NCBI GenBank assembly: GCA_048266825.1
Contig: JBLWYP010000007.1
Coordinates: forward strand, 89,983-153,982
Reading direction: 5' to 3'
From: Bacteriovoracaceae bacterium
GTDB taxonomy: Bacteria > Bdellovibrionota > Bacteriovoracia > Bacteriovoracales > Bacteriovoracaceae
DNA length: 64,000 bases
In this document: positions 9,821 through 18,562 of the stretch, one piece after another
How the letters are laid out: every line of letters starts with the position of its first letter
Position numbering within the stretch: position 1 is the first letter of the stretch
The notes under the pieces: model-generated
Database searches by the model: none
Seen by the model: only the letters and a program-made list of their open reading frames with translations
Told to the model about the DNA's origin: nothing
Translations under genes and position numbers: made by a program

Positions 9821-9849
9821 ATGTTCCTAAAATTACAGAGGTTATAATT

Positions 9850-10800
9850 ATGTCAACGGATGTTAGAGAAAAAGCAATTAGTTCATTAGACCACGCCAAG
9901 AAATATATTTTTGGCCAAGAAAAGCTTCTTGATTCCATTCTTTGTGCCCTTGTTTGTGAGGGACATCTTCTTATTGAGGGTATGCCAGGACTTGGTAAAA
10001 CAATGTCAGTATCTACGATGAGTAAACTATGTGATCTTTCTTTTAAAAGAATACAGTTTACTCCAGATCTATTACCTTCAGACTTAATTGGAACAATGAT
10101 CTACAGTCAAAGAACTGAAACTTTTTCAACAAAGTTTGGGCCAATCTTTACACAAATACTTTTAGCAGATGAAATAAATAGATCACCTGCCAAAGTTCAG
10201 GCTGCTCTTTTAGAGGCCATGGCAGAAAAACAAGTAACCATTGGAGATAATACTCATAAGCTCTCATCTCCATTTGTCGTACTCGCTACCCAAAACCCAA
10301 TTGAACAAGAAGGTACCTATCCATTGCCTGAAGCTCAAATGGATAGATTTATGATGAAGATAAGTGTCGATTATCCAGATCTTGAGTCAGAGAAGTCTAT
10401 ATTAGATTTGGGGAAGAATTTCTTAGATGACATCCAAGCTACGTTATCTACAGATGATTTATTGTCCATACAAGAGCAGACAGAAGCAGTATATGTTGAT
10501 GATAAAATGAAAGATCTAATTGTAAGAATTGTACATGCGACAAGACCAAGTTCGGATCTCTTTCTTAAGGAAAATGAAGGCCTAATTCTTGCAGGGGCTT
10601 CACCAAGAGCATGCCAATGGCTTTATAAAATATCCAAATTTATAGCCTTTTTAGATGGTAGTGATTACGTAGGTCCGAATCATTTATTAAAAGTTGTTCC
10701 AGATGTTCTAGGGCATAGGTTGATTTTATCTTACGAGGCGATGCTCGATAAAATAGATGCTCGTGATGTTGCCTTAAAGGTTGCTCAAAAGATTATATGA
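9850..10800 (+). CDS. moxR: MoxR-family AAA+ ATPase
   Basis: 316 aa. Walker A GMPGLGKT, Walker B/sensor LLADEINRSPAKVQAALLEAMAEKQVT, and VLATQNPIEQEGTYPLPEAQMDRF. Confidence 0.93.
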   Translation: MSTDVREKAISSLDHAKKYIFGQEKLLDSILCALVCEGHLLIEGMPGLGKTMSVSTMSKLCDLSFKRIQFTPDLLPSDLIGTMIYSQRTETFSTKFGPIFTQILLADEINRSPAKVQAALLEAMAEKQVTIGDNTHKLSSPFVVLATQNPIEQEGTYPLPEAQMDRFMMKISVDYPDLESEKSILDLGKNFLDDIQATLSTDDLLSIQEQTEAVYVDDKMKDLIVRIVHATRPSSDLFLKENEGLILAGASPRACQWLYKISKFIAFLDGSDYVGPNHLLKVVPDVLGHRLILSYEAMLDKIDARDVALKVAQKII

Positions 10801-11633
10801 ATATAATTGAAGTACGGAAAATTGTAGGACAAATAAAGACACAGCTCTTTAAGCAGAGTAATAGCTTCAGTATAGGTATGCTGAAGAGTCATTTTCGCGG
10901 TAGTGGACTGCAATTTAAAGAACATCGTCAATACACTCATGGAGACGATGTTAGATTCATTGATTGGAAAATACTTGCTAAGACTGGTGAGCCATTCATA
11001 AAAACATTCGAAGAAGAAAGAAATGTCCAGATTGCAGTTGTGATCGATGCTGGACCATCCATGCTTTATGGATGGGATGGCGTATCTAAACTACAGGCAG
11101 CCTTAGAAATTACCTGTATGTTATATTTACTCGCAGCAGAAACTAATGACACCATTCATGCATTAATCATAAGTGATCAAGTTATAGATATTCCACGTAA
11201 TAGCGGAGAAAAAGGAATCATCAGCCTTATTTCAACTTTAAGGAAATTTGGAATAATAAATGAACATGGTGATTTAGTTTTACAGATGAAGGATACTTAT
11301 TCTCCAGCAGCAGATCGAGAACTAGCAATCAAAAAACATCTTTCAAGAAATAGAGAGATCGTTGTTTTAAGTGATTGGCAATACTTACTAGAGCAAGTGA
11401 ATTTAAAAAACTTTGTAGTTGATAAGAGAACACATTGCTTTAGACTCTTGGCGCCTTTGGATAAAGCCAGCAATATACCTGTTTCTTTCAAAGTTTCAGG
11501 AGAGGTTGGAGGTCCCCAAGGAATCTTTCAGTTTAAATCAAAACATAACGAAAAAAATGAACCACTAGATCGTATCGTTGATATCGATATAGATAAACGA
11601 TACCTAGATCAATTCGTAAGAGAGATGATTTGA
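10797..11633 (+). CDS. DUF58 family protein (MoxR-associated, VWA-like)
   Basis: 278 aa. Classic DUF58 block GSGLQFKEHRQYTHGDDVRFIDWKILAKTGEPFIKTFEEERN. ATGA overlap with the moxR stop. Confidence 0.85.
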   Translation: MNIIEVRKIVGQIKTQLFKQSNSFSIGMLKSHFRGSGLQFKEHRQYTHGDDVRFIDWKILAKTGEPFIKTFEEERNVQIAVVIDAGPSMLYGWDGVSKLQAALEITCMLYLLAAETNDTIHALIISDQVIDIPRNSGEKGIISLISTLRKFGIINEHGDLVLQMKDTYSPAADRELAIKKHLSRNREIVVLSDWQYLLEQVNLKNFVVDKRTHCFRLLAPLDKASNIPVSFKVSGEVGGPQGIFQFKSKHNEKNEPLDRIVDIDIDKRYLDQFVREMI

Positions 11634-12412
11634 TGAGGTATTTTTTAATAGTTCTCTTTTTTATATTATCAATATTGTCTACTTCTGCAATGGAAACAAA
11701 GGGACAGTTAGAGGTCGATACATCCAAAACTAACGGAGCAATCGTAGGAGAAAGTTATCCCGCTGAGTTGACACTTGTGCCTGTAGAAGAAGAAATTATA
11801 AATAAACAACTATTGGAAAATACCCTTTTCTTAGACTATTTCTATATAACAAGAGTTTCAAGTATTGAGAGATCTAAAAACAATTTAGATGCGCTGGTGG
11901 TTAAGATGGAGTTGGTTCTTGTTAAAAACTTCGAAAATCAAACGTTTAAAATATGGCCATTAGGATTGAAGAATATTCCTGTTAGCTTTGAGATAGGAAA
12001 AATTGAAAAAACAGAATTAATAATTAAAGACTTTATTCAGTTTGAGACAAACTTAGCGGCGTTAACTGATATTGATTGGAAAGTGATAGTCGTAATCATT
12101 ATTATATTTGTAATCGGCTACCTTGTTTACAAGTGGCTGAGAAAAAGAAACCTCGTACGAAGTAATGAAATAGTGAATTTTGAACGAGAACTGAAAGTAA
12201 GTACGAAGCACTCAGATTTTGAATGGATTTATAGAAATAGAAAAATCCTAGGTAGTTATTTGGAGAATAAACCACAGGCGAAAGTTAGCTTTGATGAGCT
12301 GAATGCAGTGATAGAGGAGTATCAATTTAGGCCCAGCTGGAAAAGTATGGATATTTCAGAACTTATTTCAAAGAAAAACAAAGTAGTGGAGTATTATAAA
12401 AATGGAATTTAA
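11630..12412 (+). CDS. Membrane protein of the Bat operon (position equivalent to the DUF4381-type gene)
   Basis: 260 aa with a signal peptide and one internal TM (VIVVIIIIFVIGYLVY). Overlaps both neighbours. Assignment rests on operon position only. Confidence 0.5.
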   Translation: MMRYFLIVLFFILSILSTSAMETKGQLEVDTSKTNGAIVGESYPAELTLVPVEEEIINKQLLENTLFLDYFYITRVSSIERSKNNLDALVVKMELVLVKNFENQTFKIWPLGLKNIPVSFEIGKIEKTELIIKDFIQFETNLAALTDIDWKVIVVIIIIFVIGYLVYKWLRKRNLVRSNEIVNFERELKVSTKHSDFEWIYRNRKILGSYLENKPQAKVSFDELNAVIEEYQFRPSWKSMDISELISKKNKVVEYYKNGI

Positions 12413-13370
12413 ATATCCTCTCTATTTTATAATTTCTGGGCTACTCGTTATAGCTTACTTGTTGAAGAGCTTTCAAATAGGTAAGAAACCAGAGTTCTTT
12501 ATACCAAAGAAGTTTTGGAATAAGAAACTTGTCCCCTTACGATATATTATTATCCTTATCGGTTTGGTTGGTGTTTCGTTGATAGGTTTTTCCCTAAGTC
12601 AGCCTCGAACCCCAATGGGATATAGTAAGAATAAAGTAAAAGTAAATGACATATTTATTGTAGTCGATGTTTCAAGATCGATGTTGGCCGAAGACTTTCA
12701 ACCTAACCGTCTAGAATCTGCAAAGAATAGAATCAGAGATTTCGTAAAACTGAGACCTACCGATAGAATTGGTATCATTATGTTTAGTGAAAAGGTATTT
12801 ACTTTATTGCCTTTATCAACAGATCTTAAACTCATTGATCAGGTTATAAGTGAAATAAATGTGGGCTTTCTCGGTATGGGCACAAATATAGGAGATGCTC
12901 TAGGTCTTGCTGTTGGAAGATCTACGCAATCTTTAGCACAGAGTAAAGTAATCATATTACTTACAGATGGTGTTTCCAATGTTGGAAACATGACACCTTT
13001 GCAGGCTGCCGAACAAGCTAAAGAACAAGGTGTTAAAGTATACACAATTGGAATTGGTAAAGAAGCAGATGATGCGAAACTACAGGTTGGTAGAGGAAGT
13101 GGCCGCTATCAAAGGATACCTGGAGGAAGTGTTGATCTTGAAACCTTGGATAAAATAGCTGAAATAACAAAAGGGAAGTCATTTTATGCAAGTAATGAAA
13201 ATGCTCTTCAAGATGTCCTTGAGGAAATACAAAAATTAGAAAAAACAGAGATCGAAACCAGCTCAAAAGTTATTTATAAAGAACTCTATTGGGACTATTT
13301 ATTATGGGGAATAATATTATTTCTCTTCTCTGAGATTGTGATCCTATTTTTATTTAAGGAGGTTTTATGA
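12402..13370 (+). CDS. batA: VWA-domain membrane protein, BatA-like
   Basis: 322 aa. N-terminal TMs, MIDAS motif DVSRSM followed by LAEDFQPNRLESAK, LLTDG, and a C-terminal TM. Confidence 0.85.
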   Translation: MEFKYPLYFIISGLLVIAYLLKSFQIGKKPEFFIPKKFWNKKLVPLRYIIILIGLVGVSLIGFSLSQPRTPMGYSKNKVKVNDIFIVVDVSRSMLAEDFQPNRLESAKNRIRDFVKLRPTDRIGIIMFSEKVFTLLPLSTDLKLIDQVISEINVGFLGMGTNIGDALGLAVGRSTQSLAQSKVIILLTDGVSNVGNMTPLQAAEQAKEQGVKVYTIGIGKEADDAKLQVGRGSGRYQRIPGGSVDLETLDKIAEITKGKSFYASNENALQDVLEEIQKLEKTEIETSSKVIYKELYWDYLLWGIILFLFSEIVILFLFKEVL

Positions 13371-15166
13371 GTCCTTCTCGAATAGAGTTATTAATTCCAT
13401 TGATTATAGTATCTTCGCTTTTTGTAATTACTTTTTATCTAATAAGAAAAAAAATAGAAAGATTTGTTTCTTTAACTTGGTTTAAGAGAAGAACAACCAT
13501 TTATAATGCCAGAAAGCTACTCTATATGCTGGGGATTGTGCTTTTATTGATGAGTCTACTAGACTTCAGAGGACCAGAAGAAAAAATCGAAAGTGATATC
13601 CCTGATCAGAAAACGATTGTAATTATAGATAGTTCAGCCTCTATGCTCGCAGAAGATGTGCGACCAAATAGATTCAAGAAATCTTTAATCATGGCGAGAC
13701 ACTTTGTAAAAAAAGCATTTGGGCACAAGATTGCAGTAGTCCTTTTTTCAGACCAGCAAAAGAGACTGGTCCCATTTACTGATGATCTCGACTTACTTGA
13801 TGCCAGAATCTCAGGATTAGAAACAATAGATCTTCAAGATGGAGGTTCAAATATTTCTCAGGCCATTAAAGAATCACTTGGTTATTTCAAGTCATCAAAA
13901 ACGAAAGAAGAAGGTATTACTGGAAATATATTAGTATTTACTGATTCTGAAGGACATGATGAAGACTTTACGTTCTCTCTTCCAAAGGGAATTACTCTTG
14001 GAGTTGTAGGTGTTGGTACAGTCAAGGGAGCACAAATACCGTTGAGGGATAAACGCGGCGTATTCAGAGGGTATAAGAAATTTAATAATAAAGAAGTCAT
14101 TTCGAAATTAAATGAAGATTGGTTAAAGAGTTTAGAGTCAAAAGTTCCAAATTATAAGTATTGGGTTGCTAACTCATATACCATACCAACCGACGAACTC
14201 ATGTCATTTTTTAATTCGAGCTTTAATAAAAGGATAAGCAAGGGACTAACTACCGTGCGACCAGTTGAAGTTGAATATATTCTCATACCAAGTATGTTCC
14301 TACTTATTATCTCTTTTATGCTCTATCCATTGAAAAATTTTAAGTTTGTTTTACTGGTATTCTTTTTTACTGCATCAATACCCAAATATGCTGAAGCACA
14401 AGAGGAGTCTGGTGAGAGGCAGCTGTCTCCCGCGGAAATGGAGCAGATGACGAAAGTCTATGAGCAACTAGAATCTTTAATGGTAAAACATAAAGAAGGC
14501 CTGCTTACAAATAAAGAAAAAATGAGGATGGCCGAACTATTAACACAAAACGAATCATATGAAATGGCAGATACTTTATATAAGGAATCATATAAAGAAA
14601 TGAGCTATCGCAATAAAAATAACTATGCAATTAATTTGATTAAAAATAAACAAGCAGAAATGGCCATAGCAGTCTTGTCTGACCTACAGCTAGAATTATC
14701 AAGAAATGATATCACTGATGAAGAATTAAAAAAAACTTTGAGACAGAATATATTGCTTGCATTAGCTGAAAATAAAAAACAAAAGCAAGAAAAGAAAGAT
14801 CAAGAGAAAAAAGAGAAAGAACAAGAAGAAAAAGATAAGAAGAAACAAAAACAAGGTGAGTCTGGAGAGGGGAAAAGTAAGAAAGGATCTAAGGGCGAGC
14901 AGAAACCTAGTGATAAAGAGGAAGATAAAGAAAAGAAAAAGAAAGATTCTGAAAAAAATAAAAAAACAAAAGAAGAGAAAGATAATCAAAAAGAAGCAAA
15001 GCCTAAGAGCTTAAAAGAAAAGCAGAAAGATATTGAGCGAAAGAGAAAGATGGTTAAAATTCCTGGGCTAATAAAGCAGTTGATGTCAGACGATCGAGAT
15101 CTACAAAAGAAATATATTGATACATCAACAGATAAACCAAAATCTTTTAAGAAGAAGGATTGGTAA
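13367..15166 (+). CDS. batB: BatB-like VWA protein fused to a BatC-like TPR segment and a K/E-rich tail
   Basis: 599 aa. TMs, MIDAS IDSSASMLAEDVRPNRF, mid-protein TMs, a TPR-like helical segment, then an approximately 95-aa K/E/Q low-complexity tail. Confidence 0.8.
   Translation: MSPSRIELLIPLIIVSSLFVITFYLIRKKIERFVSLTWFKRRTTIYNARKLLYMLGIVLLLMSLLDFRGPEEKIESDIPDQKTIVIIDSSASMLAEDVRPNRFKKSLIMARHFVKKAFGHKIAVVLFSDQQKRLVPFTDDLDLLDARISGLETIDLQDGGSNISQAIKESLGYFKSSKTKEEGITGNILVFTDSEGHDEDFTFSLPKGITLGVVGVGTVKGAQIPLRDKRGVFRGYKKFNNKEVISKLNEDWLKSLESKVPNYKYWVANSYTIPTDELMSFFNSSFNKRISKGLTTVRPVEVEYILIPSMFLLIISFMLYPLKNFKFVLLVFFFTASIPKYAEAQEESGERQLSPAEMEQMTKVYEQLESLMVKHKEGLLTNKEKMRMAELLTQNESYEMADTLYKESYKEMSYRNKNNYAINLIKNKQAEMAIAVLSDLQLELSRNDITDEELKKTLRQNILLALAENKKQKQEKKDQEKKEKEQEEKDKKKQKQGESGEGKSKKGSKGEQKPSDKEEDKEKKKKDSEKNKKTKEEKDNQKEAKPKSLKEKQKDIERKRKMVKIPGLIKQLMSDDRDLQKKYIDTSTDKPKSFKKKDW
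14766..15052 (+). repeat. Long polypurine (A/G-rich) low-complexity tract encoding the K/E-rich tail
   Basis: About 290 nt almost entirely A/G on the + strand. It generates a spurious F/L-rich antisense ORF (14762..14989). Confidence 0.8.
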
Positions 15167-16914
15167 TGAATAAATATTTTTTGACAATACTCACATTCCT
15201 AATGTTTCTAAGTGTTAAAGCTGATGAGGTTGAAGTAAATATCGAACCAAGTAATCCTGTTAAGGGGGAAGTGTTTGATGTGAAATTTAAAGTTAGCTTA
15301 ACCACTAGTGATAAACCCTATATTTCCTTTACTCCAGTAAACTTAGAAGTACTTGAAAGAGCGGCAGAGCCTGAATATCACTTCGAAATTCGAGGGGGAA
15401 TAGGGAGAGCAAAAACAACTAAAACGTTAACTTATACTTATAAAGTTGTAGCAAATCGTGGTGGGAGCGCTTATCTAAAAAATATACTTGTTGAGATCGG
15501 AACCAATAAAATAAAACATAAGAATGTGGCAATTAAAGTATTATCCCAAAGAAAAGAGTTACCCAAAATATTTACGAGAGCTGAAGTAAGTAGTGATTCT
15601 GTTTTCCTTGGTGAAGGTGTCGATGTAAGATACTACGTTTACTCACTTTATCCCGTGATTCAAACTGAAGTGAAAGCTTTTCCTAAGTTAAATGGATTTA
15701 TTAAAAGATTTCATAAACCAATGGATACAGAACAGGCCGTTCGTGTAGATGGTAAAGTATATAGAAGATCACTGAAATATTCTGCTAGAGTTTATCCTGA
15801 GAAGACGGGTAGTTTATCTATTGATCCTCTGAGGCTGGTTGTTCAGTATGCTGGAGGAAGTGTTAATCCATTTGGTAATTTAGGTTTTGGATTTAATCGG
15901 TTCAAAAAGAAAAGCTTAAATTCCAAGACAGTAAAGATAAATGTTAAACCTCTTCCTGTTGAAGGATTGCCCCCTTCCTTTACCGGTTTAGTAGGAGAGC
16001 ACGAATTCAAATTAATAATGAATAAAGGAAAGTATCTGGTTAATGAGGCCGTTGAGGCTAAGTTAGAAGTTTCAGGCTCTGGAGCACTTGAGAAAATGGA
16101 TGCTCCTAGGCTATTTGAAAGTAATGCATTAGAGAAATTTGATGATAAAAGTGATTTTCAAGAGGTTGGAGATAGTAGCGGAAGAAAAGTCTTTGAATAT
16201 ACCTATCTTGCACGGGCCAATACAGAGATACCTGAGAGAGAACTAGAGTTGGCTTACTTTAGTCCTGAAGATGAGCAATACAAAATCAAAAAAATTATTA
16301 TTCCTGCCATGACCATTGGTGGAACAGCAGGTCCACAGGTCAAAAACAATACAACGGATACTTCAGACTTTAATCAAGCAGGTAATCTCTCAAATGATAG
16401 GATCTTTAGAGAGGTTCCTCCTGCGCAGATGATGAGTGCTCCATTATTTGACTTAAATTGGAATTCTATTCCAATGAAGTGGGTGACCTATTTAATATAT
16501 GGATTAGTATTATTGGTTCTACTGCAGTTCGTTGAGATGATTTTTCGATCATTTAGAAAAGTTTCAACAAATAATGAGTTAAACCTATTGTATAAAACAG
16601 TAATGAAGTCTGGAGCGAGTTATCAAAGTATAGTGAATCTTGTTTTTATGCTTAGAGATAGAATGTCTAAAGAAGCAGATATATTTAAAATTATCGACGA
16701 GTCTTCATTGAAGAAAAGCGATAAGAAGTATTTTGTAGAACTTGTAAAAGAATTAGAGGCCAATACCTATTCTGAGGGTCAAAAGAAGAATCATAAAAAT
16801 CTTAAGGCTAGCGCTATGAGAAACTTAAAAAAAGAGATAGAAAGAATCAATATGATGGATATAAAAGGTGATAATGAAAATGAAGGTCTTAAACTCGATA
16901 GTAGAACTTCCTGA
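15160..16914 (+). CDS. batD: BatD-like (oxygen-tolerance family) membrane protein
   Basis: 584 aa. Signal peptide, repeated beta-rich Ig-like modules, a late TM (WVTYLIYGLVLLVLLQFV) and a cytoplasmic tail. Terminal position in the MoxR/BatA/BatB operon. Confidence 0.72.
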   Translation: MVMNKYFLTILTFLMFLSVKADEVEVNIEPSNPVKGEVFDVKFKVSLTTSDKPYISFTPVNLEVLERAAEPEYHFEIRGGIGRAKTTKTLTYTYKVVANRGGSAYLKNILVEIGTNKIKHKNVAIKVLSQRKELPKIFTRAEVSSDSVFLGEGVDVRYYVYSLYPVIQTEVKAFPKLNGFIKRFHKPMDTEQAVRVDGKVYRRSLKYSARVYPEKTGSLSIDPLRLVVQYAGGSVNPFGNLGFGFNRFKKKSLNSKTVKINVKPLPVEGLPPSFTGLVGEHEFKLIMNKGKYLVNEAVEAKLEVSGSGALEKMDAPRLFESNALEKFDDKSDFQEVGDSSGRKVFEYTYLARANTEIPERELELAYFSPEDEQYKIKKIIIPAMTIGGTAGPQVKNNTTDTSDFNQAGNLSNDRIFREVPPAQMMSAPLFDLNWNSIPMKWVTYLIYGLVLLVLLQFVEMIFRSFRKVSTNNELNLLYKTVMKSGASYQSIVNLVFMLRDRMSKEADIFKIIDESSLKKSDKKYFVELVKELEANTYSEGQKKNHKNLKASAMRNLKKEIERINMMDIKGDNENEGLKLDSRTS

Positions 16915-17800
16915 TAATAATGAATACGGGCTTATTGTTGGTAATTTTGATGGTGTCCATCTAGGACATCAAAAGCTTCTACGTGAAGTGTTTACCGAGT
17001 GTCAAAAGCGAAAGCAAGAAATGGTTGTTATAAGCTTTGTGCCCCATCCGTTAATTACTTTAAGAAATGAAAAATCCTTTCTATTGAATTCTTATGAAGA
17101 GCGTCGAGATCTACTTTCGGACTGTGGTGTGAAATGGATGGTTGAGGTGCCCTTTACAAGAGATTTAAGTATGACTGACCCAAGTGACTTTCTTGAAGAT
17201 TATATATTGAATCACAAGCAAGTTAAGAGCCTGTTTCTTGGCCATGACTTTGCTTTTGGAGCAAATAAAAAAGGTGATCACAATTTTGTAAAAAAATATT
17301 GTGAAGATCGACCAGTTAGTATTGAGATTCAAAAGAAGTTTACTGCCGATACTGAAACATATTCATCAAGTCTAGTAAGAAGATTATTAAAGCAAGGAGA
17401 GCCAAAGAAAGCTGCCGAGCTTCTTGGAAGAAACTTTTTTGTATCTGGAAGAGTAATAAAAGGACTTGGACGGGGTAAACAATTAGGTTTTCCCACAGCA
17501 AATATAGATTTAGAAAAAGAGAGATTAATTCCAGAGTTTGGTGTCTATGCTACATTATGCACCTTTAGAGGTTGTACCTATCGATCTATTACAAACATAG
17601 GGAAGAATCCTACATTTGATGATGTAACGGGAATTAATGTTGAAACTAATGTCTTCGATTTTAGTGGTGATCTCTATGGAGAAGAAATTAAAGTAACGTT
17701 TGTAGATAAATTAAGAGATGAAATTAAGTTTTCTTCAGTTAATGAATTGATCAAACAAATTAAGTCAGATATTGCGACAAGGAAGACTTGGAGTGATTAG
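16868..17800 (+). CDS. ribF: Bifunctional riboflavin kinase / FMN adenylyltransferase
   Basis: GNFDGVHLGHQKLL and GRVIKGLGRGKQLGFPTANI motifs. The true start is probably ATG 16874 or 16880, which still overlaps batD by at least 35 nt. Confidence 0.92.
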   Translation: MIMKMKVLNSIVELPDNNEYGLIVGNFDGVHLGHQKLLREVFTECQKRKQEMVVISFVPHPLITLRNEKSFLLNSYEERRDLLSDCGVKWMVEVPFTRDLSMTDPSDFLEDYILNHKQVKSLFLGHDFAFGANKKGDHNFVKKYCEDRPVSIEIQKKFTADTETYSSSLVRRLLKQGEPKKAAELLGRNFFVSGRVIKGLGRGKQLGFPTANIDLEKERLIPEFGVYATLCTFRGCTYRSITNIGKNPTFDDVTGINVETNVFDFSGDLYGEEIKVTFVDKLRDEIKFSSVNELIKQIKSDIATRKTWSD

Positions 17801-18509
17801 TCTTGGACTGCTCGGAGCAAATATATCGCACTCTCGATCAAAAGAAATGTATGAGGGAATAATCGGTGAACCTGTAAACTATTCTCTAATAGATATTGAT
17901 AAAGAAATTAATATCCCTACCCTTACCGAACTATTTAATAAGTACAAACTTCAAGGTATGAGTATTACTTATCCCTATAAGAAGCACTTCGTAAAAGAAG
18001 TAAGTTATGAAGACCCTCTCATTAAGTCTCTAGAAGCTATTAATTGCATATACAAAACTGATGGTGTTTTTTTGGCCACTAATACTGATTATTTAGCAGC
18101 ACTACACTTAATAAAAACTAAGTATATGTCCCTTTATGAAAACTTCGTTATTTTAGGCTCGGGAAATATGGCCAATGTATTTGAAGTAGCATTTAAAAAA
18201 CTTGATGTGGACTATATCTCTTTTAATAGACGAAAAGATGGTGATCTCAATTTAATAGACTACCAAGATAAATTATCAGAATTAAATATAGAAGAATCTT
18301 TGATTATTAATACCTGCTCTAGAGATTTTGTTTTCAATCCACCAATTGCACTTAAATGTGGGTTTTGGGATATGAACTACAGCTTTTCTCCTCATAAGAA
18401 GCTTGAGCAAAAAGGTATGAAATACTTTGAAGGAATAGATTTACTTAGAGAACAGGCAAAAAGTGCACTCCAATTCTGGAGAATGAGTGCCCTCATTAAA
18501 AACAAGTAA
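17793..18509 (+). CDS. aroE: Shikimate dehydrogenase-like protein
   Basis: LLGANISHSRSKEMY (HS-x-S box), NTDYLAAL, and ILGSGNMANV (a GxGxxA-like dinucleotide motif). Start chosen at GTG 17793 (RBS AAGGAAG at 17779-17785); the ORF is open from 17772. Confidence 0.72.
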   Translation: MISLGLLGANISHSRSKEMYEGIIGEPVNYSLIDIDKEINIPTLTELFNKYKLQGMSITYPYKKHFVKEVSYEDPLIKSLEAINCIYKTDGVFLATNTDYLAALHLIKTKYMSLYENFVILGSGNMANVFEVAFKKLDVDYISFNRRKDGDLNLIDYQDKLSELNIEESLIINTCSRDFVFNPPIALKCGFWDMNYSFSPHKKLEQKGMKYFEGIDLLREQAKSALQFWRMSALIKNK

Positions 18510-18562
18510 ATTAAAAATCCTTAAGACCCGATAACTTAGTTAAATCATATAAATGGACTACT

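Noticed and set aside
14762-14989. 75-aa F/L-rich ORF on the minus strand.
   Set aside because: It is the pyrimidine-strand reading of the polypurine K/E-coding tract of the BatB/C gene. Artefact of low complexity.
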